A stretch of DNA of 59,746 nucleotides, filler included, from Basidiobolus meristosporus CBS 931.73 (taxonomy: Eukaryota > Fungi > Basidiobolomycota), in the NCBI GenBank assembly GCA_002104905.1. It is 3 parts of 3 records of this genome, joined end to end, with 100 filler letters (N's around TTAATTAATTAA, not from the genome) between each part and the next. Parts side by side here need not be neighbours in the genome. Positions count along the whole stretch, not along the records: positions 44,405 to 59,746 come from MCFE01001150.1; 2 more parts are not named here. One strand, written 5' to 3'. The translations under genes were made by a program, and so were the position numbers. Numbering within the stretch: position 1 is the stretch's first letter; each line of letters opens with the position of its first letter. The notes beneath the pieces were generated by a model that was given only the letters and a program-made list of their open reading frames with translations, did no database searches and had not been told where the DNA came from. Shown here piece after piece: positions 44,780-58,619 of the stretch.

Positions 44780-45650
44780 CAGTTCAAAGCCACTTTTGTG
44801 TTGTTCTGGCGAAAAATTTCGATCAAATATATTGTGAAATCTGGGGTGCAATTATAACTTAACAGTCTCTGCTAGTGTTCTGACATAATCAATACCTCTT
44901 AGTCATAGGACTATAATTTGTGATGGCCTTCTGACAGGATCATCCCAATTATTTCTCTTGGGGAAGGGAAAAACAGCAATGTGGCTATTGTAATAAGCCT
45001 CCAAGCCATGTAGCATGCAGACAGTAGAGGAAGTATCTCAAGGGTCATAACCAGTGTTTTGCCACACAAGGCATATTTGACCATTCATCACTCACTACTG
45101 TACCAAAAGTATCTTGCCATCCAGTTGATACTTTCATTGCAGCACCTGGCTGTACTTGTCACTTTGTGCAACCGATTTGGGTAAATTGTGATGCCTTTTG
45201 GCTCACCACTGCCTTCTGAATATAGATTGCAGAGTGATAACTCTGAAGAAGAAGGCTTACTGATGGACTGTGAGTCTATCTCCCCTCACAACAGAACCCT
45301 GAATGAGCCTGGCAATATCACAATGTGCAATGAGCTCACACATATTATTATTATCCAAACATCAACACAGTGAACATCATCTTCCCACAGATGTAAAACA
45401 CAGAAGTCAGCATGCTATTGCAGCAATGCTGGCAAGCTATATGCCATTGGCCAGAACATTAAATTAATCAAAAGCAAGAGATACTAAAGATATAGGAAAT
45501 CTGTTGAAGCAAAAGCTTTCAAATGGGAGCAATGCATGTGCTCTGCAATATATCCCTATTCTAATGACCAAGTTGTACATGAGCCCTTTGAAAAACCTAA
45601 GAAATATGAAAGAATTGGCTAGCTATTATGGAATATCTGTGGTAATGGAA
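44780..45650. mobile_element. scrambled CACTA/Tnp2-like transposase fragments (both orientations)
   Basis: 44850-44960 resembles 57915-58030 directly; 45400-45620 resembles the reverse complement of 57540-57720. Confidence 0.55.
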
Positions 45651-48425
45651 AGTATTCCATTACTACAATATCTCAAAACCAATATTGCACTCATTTCTTT
45701 ATTTTGCTTTTTGCTATTGTTACACACAGGTGAAAGATCAAGAATATACAACTTTGAGTGACAAATGCTCCAGACCCTGACATGCAATCCACCCAGGAAT
45801 ATTATGTCATACAGAACACGCAGTAGCCAACACATGTTTCAAATTACAGCTCATTTGACGCAGTACTTAAGTAGTTATGACCAAAAGAGTCCAATTATTA
45901 TATATACTGGTCCTCTATGGCTAGGATTACTATGATGACTTTGATTGCATGTAGCATTTGAGCCAGCCAACCAACCCATGTGAAATTTTCACAGGTGCTG
46001 CACCTATGTCTGATCTATCCCACTGCAGAGTCTGAGCATTGAATCAAATGTATTGCTTGCGCAATTGCCCAAAAACTTTGATCCTTCAGAATTTGTATTT
46101 ATATGACTTCCCCAGCTGAAAAATGAAGGAGACCCTCTCTTTCCAGAATCTCCACACTACAATTACAAGTTCAAAGGTTATAAGACTCCCCCTGCATCAC
46201 TTACACCGTTAATTAATCTGACTATGATAGGTAATACATCAGTAAAGAGACTTCAAAGCTCACAAGAATCCAATCTAAGCTCTACAAGAGAGCTACTACT
46301 TTTCTGTCAGAAAAATCCCCTCTAAGAAAACCCTTTATTCTAAAGACACCCCTTTAGACACCCTTTTAGGTTTAAAAGCCCCTTTAGAGACTTCAATAAT
46401 ACACCTTTAGTTAAAAGGGGAGTTTGGAATTTTCATATTAGGAAATATTATACTTGTTCCATTTTACAATGCCAGGGTGCATGGCGCAATCTGTGGTCTC
46501 TATGAACAATTGGGTGCAATATTTTAGCTACCAGTAGGCAGGATTGCTCTTGGACAATTTTGCACCATGTGGGACAATCTTGCATATTATGGCACAATCT
46601 GACACAATGAGGTTGGCACAAATGATTGTGCCCACTTGTAAAGCTTGAATCACGTGCGCAATTGGATACTGCTATTATGATAGGTAAAATCTGGTATTTG
46701 GATATGTTTCTTTAATGTAAGTGGAAAAAAATGCATATCACACTATAAACTACACCAATACTTACCATTTTGGTTACCATCAATCCAATTGGATAGTATC
46801 TCAGCGGTTAATTTGTCCAAAAGTATACTGCAGCTGTCAGCCCCTAATTAGCTCTTTGGCCAGTAAACAAGCTACCTGATTTGCCATCAAATACCCCATT
46901 TTGCCCATTAACCAAGCAAGTTCCGGATCCTAGTGATTGGAAAAGGTATCATAGCTAGCATGCAACCAATTGTATAGGTGCAAATCAGATTGCATGGCTG
47001 CACTGGTGCCACAGATGAAGTATAAATATGTAGGGTGTTTTTTTATAGGGGTGCTGCCTCAAATGTGTGACAACCTTGATATTGCTTATATCAAAAATTT
47101 AGGATCACTGATTTGCAATACTTGATGTGGATCACAAAAAAAATGTGTTGTTTGGATCATTACAAATAATAGCAATTCAATGCAATTGCATCATCTTCTC
47201 CTAGGATCTTTTCTCACAGGGATTACTACTGAAGCATTTGGTAGTGATTCACTTTGCACACCTAAACTGCTTTCTTGTTGACTATCATCTTGGCTAGTTG
47301 TGTATTTGTAGTCAGTATTTTGCCTTCTAGTTGATGAATGCAATGCTGCAGCTTGGCTGTGCTGAATAGCTCCGGATGATGCAACTCATCTGGCCTGCAG
47401 TGCTACATGCTGACATGTTCTTTTACCTGCCAAAGGCTCTAGTGGTGGAGGCACTTCATGTGCTTCATTATCAGTCAGTTCACTAGAAGAAACTTGCTGA
47501 TGGTAAGGTGTAATGGCATCTGCAGACACAACTTGATGCACTGGCATGGCCCTTAGCTGAGTTTGATGTGATACAGCTTGTTGACACAACTTGGCCTGCT
47601 CCAATGGACTTATGTCTTTTTGAGCAGTTTGGTGAGTTCTGGTGGTTTTGCTCTGAAGCGCACATGTTGACCCAATACACATTGACTCAATGTGGGGTGC
47701 TCTTGTGAAGGGTGTTAACGTAGTTTGGACTGTTGTGCACCAGCATGCTGAAGTTGCAAGGGATGGTAAGGAATCCAGCAAGGTGTGCTGGCGTAAACTA
47801 GACAATCTAACTTGTGGTCTGTATTTTCCTTTTGAAGCTCACCTTCTGATTCCTCAAGGTATTCACTTACCCTCTGTCTGATACTTTGGAGCTGTTGCCT
47901 GGATGAGCCAAATATCTGTATGAAGGCTCATCATAGACACTTGGGCCATACTGAAATCACTTGGCAAGAACTCTGACGGATTCAACATTGACTTTTGCAG
48001 TCCAGACCGCACTTGTATGCTGGGGGATGGGTTTTATTTAGGTTGTACTAAAGATGAGCTGAGACTTGGTATAGGGACCATAGTGACAGATTTGGATACT
48101 TATGCAGTAGTGTATCAGTATCAACCTGGTCTTATATGAAATATTTATGAAAACTAACTTGATTGTTGAATTTTCCATATACTATGCATGATGCATCTTG
48201 GATTGCATTGACATGAGTTGGATCACATCAATTGCAGATTTCCTCTTTGGTTATAGACTTGTGAGTAAAACATCAATAAAAGTACCCAGTCATTGTTTGA
48301 GGATGATTTTTGCAACATAATGATGGGATACATGGCAATTGATGGAGATTTAATCACAATGCATGGAAAATCAGATAAATAAAGTTGATTGCTCCAAATC
48401 AATTCAAAACACCTCAGCCTGATCT

Positions 48426-49497
48426 TTGACCAATTTTAATATGGCCTACTCATTGGAATGGACTTTTCTCATCAATCCCATCACTACCACTGGATTTCCT
48501 TTTGACACACTAGAGGCAATCTTTACCAAGTACTGTGGTCCATCTACCCCAATCTACTCAAGGAGGTCCCTTGTCAAACTTCTCTGCTATTGTAAGAGCT
48601 ATTGCTGCACAAGGTTTCATCCCACCATTCATGGCAACAAAAGCCTAAGAAGCCTTCATTCCCAGCTGACAACAATGGAGTACCACCTTGCAGAGGGAAT
48701 GAATGACTTAGAGCATGCTTGGAGTACTAGGTTCAGAAGCTTCAATAGACTTCCATATCCCAGATTGCTCAGTAACAGGTTCCATATAAGGAGTATTTTG
48801 GATACCTTCTCAGTCAGGATTAACATACCTTCTAGAGGGCAGAAGCACTTTTATTCTGGCAAGTACAAGGCACACTGTGTGAAGTTTCAAGCACTGTCTG
48901 ACATTGAGGGTAACATCATCTGGTTTAGTGGGCCATTGCTGGATGTAGGCATGACAAAGCACTCTGGGTAGAGAATCATCCAGAATTCAGTAGATGGAAG
49001 AAATGTATGGCAGACTTAGCTTATGTAGGAGTGGATTGTCAGAGATTAGGATGTATTACAGCTTATAGGAAACCAAGTAATGGTGTGTTTAGCAGGAAGC
49101 AGAAGCTCTAAAATGAGATATTTAATCATTTCAGAGAGAGGGCGGAGAATACACTTGAATATCTGAAGAGATTTGGCATATTGGCAGGTAAATATGGAGC
49201 AAAGGCATATATAGGAGGAAACAGCAGAATAGGCAAAATAGTAAAGATACTTATCAATGCACAGTATATTCATACAAAAAGTCATCCACTGAGAGAAATG
49301 TGTCTGGAGCATTATGAGGAGTAAATAAAGCAAGGAAAGCACTACTCTAAGCAACATAAGTAAGATTGTGTAAAATTACCAGTAACTATATCCTACCACT
49401 GGCATTATGATAGAAATTATAGTGCCAGATAGTGCCAGATTGATCCAGCACTATAAACAGGCTAGCACTATGTGGCACTATCCAACAGAACAAGTCT
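48426..49497 (+). mobile_element. degenerate Harbinger/ISL2EU-type (DDE_Tnp_4-like) transposase with right terminus
   Basis: HFYSGKYKAHCVKFQA..GNIIWFSG, ADLAYVG (~49010) and FNHFRERAENT..KRFGILAGKY; ends in cactatccaacagaacaagtct at 49497. Confidence 0.7.
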
Positions 49498-49889
49498 GTT
49501 TTCTCAGAAAGGAAAGTGACTCCCAAATAAGGAAAATTTCCAATAAAAGTAAATAAGCCCATAGTTGACAGAAGGTCACAACATTGCTGTTGAAGTGAGA
49601 ATCACTGCCTTTAGTATATTTTGAGCCTAAGAATGAGGATATTAGTGAAAGTTATATCTTCTATTGGTATATCAAAGTCCCAATAAACTATTTCAGTATT
49701 AGCATACTGGAAGTTGTTGTATATTGTTCATTAGCTTCTGCATTGTAGAACAAGCCCCCAAACTAATCATAATACTACACAACACATCCAATGCCTAAAG
49801 TATTACTCACAGGCTCCAAGTAATATTCATACTCATATGCAATAATACAAATGCACAGACTAGATTAACTGGGTTTGTTTTGATTCAAG

Positions 49890-50420
49890 TGGTCTTATGA
49901 AGCCAATTTTATTCAGGGTACTTTGCAAGTACTGGAGTTTGTATGCTGAGATTGTAGAAATATCCATCCAGAAGCAGATCATCAACGCCAACTTGATGCA
50001 TCTACAACTTTTATGCAAGGAGTGTGCTTCAGGATTTGAGCAACTGCACCATTAGTATAAAGCTGCACATGTAGATTGCTGCCACTACTGCATCCATTCT
50101 CTACTCCATCTTACTTGGCGTGTAGAGAATATTGAAACTTGCTTCACCTTTTGAGAGTCTCCTATGGGGTGGATGTCTGGGGAGATAGGAAGACAAGTCA
50201 AGTTGCAAGAACTACCATATCCCAATCTCATCAAGAATATGACCTTCAAGTCCATCATGGATGTGATGAGTTGGCACATGGAGGGCAGCCAGGAAGAGTT
50301 GGAAAACACTGGGCACAGATGTACACATAGAGACACCTATGTCCTTAGCATTAAGAGGCCTAGCAGCCCCAACATGTGGGTATAGTCAAGTAATCCAAAG
50401 TTGAATTATATTCTATAAGT
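49890..50420 (+). mobile_element. CACTA/Tnp2-like transposase fragment
   Basis: CHYCIHSLLHL..VENIE..FTF*ESPMGWMSGEIGRQVK..YPNL matches the fungal EnSpm HxLLH..GP...W.FPMER region. Confidence 0.7.
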
Positions 50421-50559
50421 AAATAACTCTAATCAGGACAGCTTTACCAAAGTATACCAAGTTTCTGTTGGGTACAAGCTAATTTCTACACCATTCAATA
50501 CAGAATTCATACTAACAAGAACCAGAGTGTACCTATAAGGGGGACTAGAGTCCAGCAGG

Positions 50560-53500
50560 CATAAGGTATATGCCCTATGAAAAATACTTTAGTCCCATGG
50601 GTGATTCTGATCCAGATTGGCTGTGAGGACTCTGTTATGAGATCATTATAATATCAGCAGCTTGGAATTAATGACCCTGTAAACAATCTTGTGGTAGGAT
50701 CACAGCAGTGTTTAGCTAATTTTACTGCCAAATAAAGTTAAAGACTTGACGGTTTTGATTGGTGTTCTAACAAGAGTTGCATGGCATTGTTGCAGTCTTT
50801 ATACACTCTACAAGTATTTTGAGTGTATCTCACAAGCCAGTAGATTCAATTGTCCTAAGTGGTAAGAAACTAAATAGAAATCTGATGGCCTCATTGCAAG
50901 CCTCTGAAGGCATTATACCAGTAGTATGGTGGCCTACAGCAAGTTCTGTATAATGCACCTGTACTAATTTACCAAATGGTATTTCCTTTTGTACCTCTCC
51001 TTGCGCAATCTATATATTCCACTGTAGAATCACCCCTCTTTATTGACTTACCCACCACTACCTTTGATATTCCACATATACTTCAAATCAAATGTAACTA
51101 CGGCCTTCTGATTACTAACCTCTGCAAACACACACATCTGCCACAATTGATATACTTCTGTCACCTTAACCTTATAGCTTTTTAGTGTGATACTTGCAAA
51201 GCTGCCATATACCTTGTACTGCTGGTAACAAATACATCTTGCAAACATATGCTTGGTTGCCATCACTTCTGCCAGGAATACTTCCTTAATATCTGCAAAG
51301 AGCTTTTTGGTGTTAATCCAATATACTCCTTCTCCCTGCTGGATTTTAGTTCCCCTTATAGGTGTGCTCTGGCTCTTGTCTGTGTGATTTTTGCATTAAG
51401 TAGTGTAGAAACTGGCATTTTACCAAGAGAAACCTGTCATACTTTGGTAGTGTTTTCCTAACAAAAATTAGTTGTTTGTTGCACCCAACCCAACTTGGCA
51501 TTACTTAACTGATTACCCACATATTGGGGCTGCTGGGCCTCTTAATGCCATAAATATAGGTGTCTCCATGCGCACATCTGTCTTCAGTACTTTCCAACTC
51601 TTCCTGCCTGTCCTCAATGTGCCAATTCACCACAATCTTATTGGACTTGAAGCTAATATTCTTGATGAGATTGGGGCATGGTGGTACAGGCAACTTGACT
51701 TGGCTTCCTATCTCCCCATACATCTGCTCTATAGGAAACTCCCAAAGGTGAAGCAAGGTCTAATATTCTTTACACACCAAGCAAGATGGAGCAGAGAATG
51801 GGTACAGTAATGGCAGAGAGCCAAGCATTCAGCTTTATGCTTGTAGTGTAGCTGCTCAAATCCTGTCACAAACTCCTTGTACAACAGCTGTGGATGTATC
51901 AAGTTGGCATTTGTGATACACTTCTGGATACATATTCCTACAATGCCCACATATGACACCCAATACCTCCAATGTACACTTGGTAGAAATGGCTTCTTAA
52001 TGCCACTTGAATAAATACATATCCAGTTCATCCAGTCTGTTCATTTGTATTGTTGCATATACATATGAGTAATGATTGAAATCTATGAGAAGTGCTTAGG
52101 ATAGTGGATACCCTGTAATATCTTGCCAATTCTCTCAAATTTCTCTGGTACCTTGAAGGACTGATTTAGCTTCAAATGCCCCATGTACAACTTTGCCATC
52201 AGTATAGGGATAATTTTGAAAAGCAAATGTATTGCTCCCAGTGTAAAGCTTTTGCTCCAACAGGTACTCTCTCTCTTAAGTATCACCAGTTTCCAATTAA
52301 TTCCATACTCTGACCAATGACTTATAGCTTGCCAAGTTTACAGCAATTGCATGCTGACTTCTGTATGTTCTCTCTTTTGGAAGATGGTGTTCTTAGTGTT
52401 GGTGTTTGAGAAATAATTATAAGACTTGTTCCGTTGGATAGTGCCACATTGAGCCATGAGTGCCAAATGATGCCATAGTGTGCCAGAGAGGCCAATTGAG
52501 CCTCTACCTGGCCACAGGGTGTGAAACATAGCTCCGCATCTTCATGCAAGGCAGCCCCTGTGTTTCACCCATTGTGTTGGAGAAATCCATTTTTTGACCT
52601 TTTTTTTGGATCAATGTTGTGCAGGATATGTTAGAGCACAAGCAGATTGAAGATATGCATCTGGTACTCAATACCCATGGCACTCTGAATCTAGCTCCTG
52701 TAGCTTGTATCATGTCACAAAAATGAATGGCACTATCTTGGTCCACTGGTACTATCTGGCACTATGAGTGCTTTGTATAGATCTTACTTTAGGGCTAATA
52801 TTTAAATATAGTGCCAGATAGTACCAGTGGACCAAGATAGTGCCATTCATTTTTGTGACATGATACAAGCTACAGGAGCTAGATTCAGAGTGCCATGGGT
52901 ATTGAGTACCAGATGCATATCCTCAGCTCTCCTGTGCTCTTACACATCCTAGCTACATTGATCCACAAAAAAAGGTCAAAAAATGGATTTTCTCCTGTGC
53001 AATGGGTGAAACACAGGGGCTGCTTTACATGAAGATGCAGAGCTATGTTTCACACTCTGTGGCCAAGTGTAGGCTCACTTGACCTCTCTGGCACACTATG
53101 GCATCATTTGGCACTCATGGCTCAATGTGGCACTATCCAACAGAACAAGTCTAAAGTCTTTAGACTTGTTCTGTTGGATAGTGCCAAATGATGCCAAGTG
53201 TGCCAGAGAGGCCAAGTGAACCTATACCTGGCCACAGAGTGTGAAACATAGCTCTACATTTTTATGCAAAGCAGCCCCTGTGTTTCACCTATGATGCAGC
53301 AGAAAATCCATTTTTTGACATTTTTTTGTGGATCATTGTTGTGCACAATGTGTAAGAGCACAGAAGAACTAAAGACATGCAACTGGTACTCAATATCCAT
53401 GGGACTCTGAATCTAACTCCTGTGGCTTGTAACATGTCACAAAAATGCATGGCACTATCTTGGTCCACTGGTACTATCTGGCACTATATTTAATCATTAG

Positions 53501-54720
53501 CCCTAAAGTAAGATCTATTCAAAGCACTTATAGTGCCAGATAGTACCAGTGGATCAAAATAGTGCCATGCATTTTTGTGACATGCTACTAGCCACAGGAG
53601 CTAGATTCAGAGCGTCATGGGAATGGAGTACCTGATGCATGTCTTCAATCCTTTTGTGTTCTTACACATCTTGCACTACATTGACCTAAAAAAAAGGTCA
53701 GAAAATGGATTTTCTCCAACACAATGGGTGAAACACAGGGGCTGATTTGCACAAAGATGCAGAACTATGTTTCACACTCTGTGGGCAAGTATAGGTTCAC
53801 CTGTCCTCTCTGGCACACTATGGCATCATTTGGCACTCATGCCTCAATGTAGCACTATCCAACAGAACAAGTCTAATGGGTGTGAGCTATGGAGTAAGTC
53901 CCCTGGATATCACACATTTGACAGCAAAATGTTCATTGTGCCCAGAAAAGCCAGCTATCTGCAGATGGCTAAGGTTTCTCTGGAGCAGTTAATAATATGA
54001 GCTTTGATATGATGGCCATTTACTGTTATCCTGCTGGAAAGCAGACAAAATTCATGCAGCAATGGGTGCAGGTAGCTATCCAGGTTGGATGGTGATTTAA
54101 GCCCAGACACCAGTGAGACTACCATCAGATTTATGCTATGATACCATAAGATAGGTGGCAGATTCAGGTTTATGAGAATCAGTGGCCAGCAGGATTTGCT
54201 TGTAGAGTACTTGCTTAATAAGAATCCATCAAGGGCCAAGGCAAAGGCATGGTCACACGTAGCCTCAAAGTAGCTCTCACTTCTTTGCTGTTTATAATTT
54301 TTGCCATCAAAATATTAGATATGGTTGTGCTTGATTGATATTGAATGCAGTACTTTATAGCTTAACAATATTTGTCTGATTGCAAAGGCTTCTTTAGCTG
54401 GGGTATTGCTGGATATATCTAGAGTGTGAATGATGTTTTCCCCCAATGGTGGTGTATTCTCAACAAGTTGGATACCTTTTGATAGTGACATTTTCTGATG
54501 TGAATACCATGTAACTGTTAACACATGCTGGTATCAGGACAGTCTCTGGGTCATAGGTTGTCAGCCACATGACAGTTATCTATTTGCACCATGTACATGG
54601 TAAATTACATCCTGGATTGATTTTGGTAAGAAGTAGTAGTGAATCCTCAAAGCCTCCACTACAGGTATTACTGGAAACATGCCACTACTCTAGGTATAAC
54701 ATCATATCATCCATAAGCAG
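50560..54720 (-). mobile_element. decayed CACTA/EnSpm (Tnp2, PF02992-like) element, interrupted by the fold-back at 52421-53875
   Basis: LDGF..SCWPLILINLNLPP..PSNLDSYLHPL (53955-54239) and HSLLHLAWCVKNIRP..FPIEQMYG (51500-51800). Ends approximate. Confidence 0.75.
52421..53875. mobile_element. compound fold-back element: four ~345-bp arms in alternating orientation
   Basis: Arms at 52421-52765, 52808-53156, 53158-~53488 and ~53530-53875. 42-bp spacers in opposite orientation, a 1-nt central loop at 53157, and AT on both flanks. Confidence 0.85.
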
Positions 54721-54839
54721 GTGGATTACAGGGCTCACTTAACCCCATAGAGTAGACTTGATCCATTGGATAGTGCCACATTGAGCCATGAGTGCCAAAT
54801 GATGCATCAGTGTGCCAGGGAGGCCAACTGGATCTCTAT

Positions 54840-57800
54840 GAAAAATTATTTGGTCCCACAGGTAGATCCAATCCAGATCAGCTATCAGGATCCTGCTTAG
54901 AGATTGTCATAATACCAGCAGCTTGGAACTAGTGACCCTGCTTACAATCTTATGATGGGATAATGACAATGTTTTGCAAATTTTACCACCAAATAAAGGG
55001 ATCAAACTTGACAAGACTTAATTAGTGCTGTGATTATAATTGCATGGTATTGTTGCGGTCTTTTAGCGCTCTACAACTATTTTAAGTGGATCCAACCTGC
55101 CAGGACATTCAATTGCCTTATATGGCAAGATATTTGACGGTATTTTGAAAGTGTCACAGCAAGACTCTGATGGCATTATGTTGGCAGTATGATGGCCTAC
55201 AGCAGGTTCTGTATAATGCTACTGTACCAATGTATAATGCTACCGTACCAATTTACCAAATGGTATTTCCTTTTTCTACCTCCCCTTGTGCAATTCATAT
55301 ATTCCGCTGTAGAATCACCCCTCTTTGTTTGCTTACCTACCACTACCTTGGGTATTCCACATATACTTCAAATCAAAATAAACTATGGCCTCCTGCTTAC
55401 TAACCTCTACAAATGCGCACACCTGCTGCAATTGACCTACTACTATCACCTCAACTTTACGGCTTTTTTGTGTGATACCTGCAGAGTTGCAATATACCTT
55501 ATACTGCTGGTAATATATACATCTTGCAAGCATATACTTGGTTGTCACCACTTCTGCCATTAATACCTCCTGAATATCTGCAAAGAACTATTTGGTATTT
55601 AACCAATGTATTCCTTCTCCCTGCCAGACTCTGGTCCCCCTGATAGGTGTGCGCTGGCTTTTGTTTGTGTGAATTCTGTATTGAGTGGTGTAGAGGTTGG
55701 CTTGTGACCATGAGAAATCTGGCATATCCTGGTAGAGTTTTCCTAATAAAAATTAGTTGCTTGTTCCACCCAACGCAACTTGGCATTACTTAACTGATTA
55801 CCCACACATTGGGGCGGTGTAGTGGGGTGACAGTGACACCCACCAACAGATGTGCTCATTCCCCTATTTTCTTCTTCCCTATATCTCTACTACACTTATT
55901 TCAGTTTTATCCCATTTGTCTTACCCAATCAGTACTACCCCATAAGCTGGTTGACTATCACACCTGCTTACCTTATTGCATAAGTTACCTCTCACTTTAT
56001 GTAAGATTACTAGCTATAAATACTTCTATATTAGGCAAGTACCCGCGCCAGTACCTGTAACACATGATCAACCTGTGTCACCATCCCTACCATTTCCATA
56101 CCATATATGGTATCCCTATGTTACACAGGTTTCAGAATACTGATTCCTGATTGGTTGGATGTGCTGTGCCTCTTAGAACCTTCTGGCACCTCCTTGGAAC
56201 ATTCTTGGGTCATTCTGATGTCATTAAGATTTCTTTAGATATCCAGAACCTTCTGGAACACCATGATTAGTAATCACTTAGCCAGTGAGAAAAGTATATA
56301 AGGGAGGCTATCCCTCAACAATAAATCATCATCCCTTTTATCAATATACCAACTTGTTGATTAGTGTGATCACTGCTACCTGCTGCTACCTGAACTTCCA
56401 ACCCCAGACCACAGGACACTCCCAGGAACCTGTGCTGACAGCCAACTGACCTTGGAGGCACTACTTGTGAGGATTACTCAGAGTAGGTATCTTTTATTAT
56501 ATTTGATTCTTTCCCAAGTTTGTTCTTGTACAGGCAAAGATACTTTTCTGTCTTTGTAATTATTGACCACAGCTGCATTCTTATCAAGTCCCTGCTGGTG
56601 GATTTTACAGTTGTTTTGACTTTGGAAGCTTTAGTACATTGTCATCTCAAAGGACACTGAGCCCAGCACATACTTTTGTTAAGATGCCAACTAAGTTGGG
56701 GATTGTAGCTCAATAGTTTTCCCTTGAAAAGCTTGTGGCTTTATTCCCCTTCACATTAGATTAGAGACAGAACCCAAATATTCCTAGCAAGCTTTTGCCT
56801 GAGGTTATTGCACCCAGTGAACACCCCACCCACAAAACACTTGAGAAGTGTTGGACATATCTGTCCCTTGGACCAATACACCACCGCAGCGGCTTAGCTT
56901 CTGAAAGCCATAGGCATAGGTGTCTCCATGTGCACATCTGTCCTCATTACTTTCCCACTCTTCTGGGCTGTTCTCCATGTGCCAACTCATCACATCCATG
57001 ACAGACTTAAAGGTCATATTCTTGATGAGATTGGTATATTGTAGTATCTGCAACTTGACTTGTCTTCCTATCTCCCTGCACATCCGCTCCATAGGAAACC
57101 CCCAAAAGGTGAAGTAAGGTCCAATATTCTCCACACACTGTGCAAGATGGAGTAGAGAATGGATACAGCAGTGGCAGAGATCTACACATTCAGCTTTATG
57201 TTTGTAGTATAGCTGCTCAAATCCTGTCACAAACTCCTTGTACAACAGCTGTAGATGTGTCAAGTTTGCATTGGTGATCTGCTTCTGGAGGAATATTCCT
57301 ACAATGTCCACATATGACTCCCAACACTTCCAATGTACTCTTGGTAGGAATGACTTAAGAACACCAGCTGAATAAATACATATCCAGTTCATCCAGTCTT
57401 TGCATTTGTATTGTTGCATATGTGTATGAATATTAATTGGAGCCCAGGAGAGATACTTAGGGTAACAGATACTCTGTAATATCTTGCCAATTCTTTCAAA
57501 TTTCCCTAGTATTCCATAGGGCTCATTTAGTTTGGAATGCCCAGTGTACAACTTGGTCATCAGTATAGGGATATTGTTGAAAAGCAAATGCATTGCTCCC
57601 AGTGGAAAGCTTTTGCTTCAACAGATACCCTCTATCTTAAATGTCACCAGTTTCCAATTGATTCCATAGTCCAACCAATGGCTTATAGCTTGCCAACCTT
57701 GCTGCAATTGCATGCTAACTTCTGTACATTTTCTCTTTGGAAAGATGATGTTCTTAGTGCTGGTATTTTGGGTAATAATAATGTGTGTGAGTTATGGAGT

Positions 57801-58040
57801 AAATCCCCTGGATCTCACACATTTGACAGCAAAACCTTCCATTGTGCCCAGAAAAGCCTGCTATCTTGCTGATGGCTGGGGTATTTCCAATGCATATAAT
57901 AATATGCAAGTTTTTTGTGAAATCTGGGGTGCAATTATTTTTCAATAGTCACTGGACAGTTTCCTGACAAGATCAGTACCTCTTAGTCATGGGACTTTAA
58001 CTTTATGACATCCTTTTGATGGGATCATCTCAATAATTTT
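54840..58040 (-). mobile_element. second decayed CACTA/Tnp2 copy, interrupted by an ~1.07-kb insertion
   Basis: 54840-55790 repeats 50560-51460. ORF 56805-57593 has CIHSLLHLAQCVENIGPYFTFWGFPMERMC. Confidence 0.75.
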
Positions 58041-58053
58041 TCATAGGGGATCT

Positions 58054-58612
58054 ACACTTGGCCACAGAGTGTGGAATATAGATCTTCATGCAAAGCAGCA
58101 CCTGTGTTTCACCCATTGTGCAGCAGAAAATCTAATTTTTGACCTTTTTTTTGGGATGAATATTGTGTATGACCTGTATGAGGACAAAAGGACTGAAGAC
58201 ATGCATATGGTACTCAATACCCATGGTACTCTGAATCTAGCTCCTGTGGCATGTAACATGTCTCAAAAATGCATGGCACTATCTTGGTCTACTGGAACTA
58301 TCTGGCACTATAAGTACATTGTACAGGTTTTACTTTAGGGATAATATTTAAATACAGTGCCTGAGAGTGCCTGTGGACTAAGATAGTGCCATGCATATTT
58401 GTTACATGTTACAAGCCATGGGAGCTAGATTCAGAGGGCCATGGGTATTCAGTATTAGATACATGTCTTCAGTCCTTCTATGCTCTTACACATCATGCAC
58501 TACATTGATTGCAAAAATAGGGAAAAAATGGACTTTCTCCAGCACAATGGGTGAAACACAGGGGCTGCTTTGCATGAAGATCTATATTCCACACTCTATG
58601 GCCAAGTGTAGA
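58054..58612. mobile_element. end-truncated fold-back element (two arms plus spacer)
   Basis: Same arm and tttagggataatatttaaat spacer as 52421-53156. Confidence 0.8.
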
Positions 58613-58619
58613 AATTAGC

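Noticed and set aside
47386-47805. 139-aa ORF left of the Harbinger-like transposase as a partner (Myb/SANT) gene
   Set aside because: No recognisable domain; low-information sequence in a decayed region.
52400-53900. CRISPR-like array
   Set aside because: The repeats are long inverted arms without unique spacers, in a eukaryotic context.
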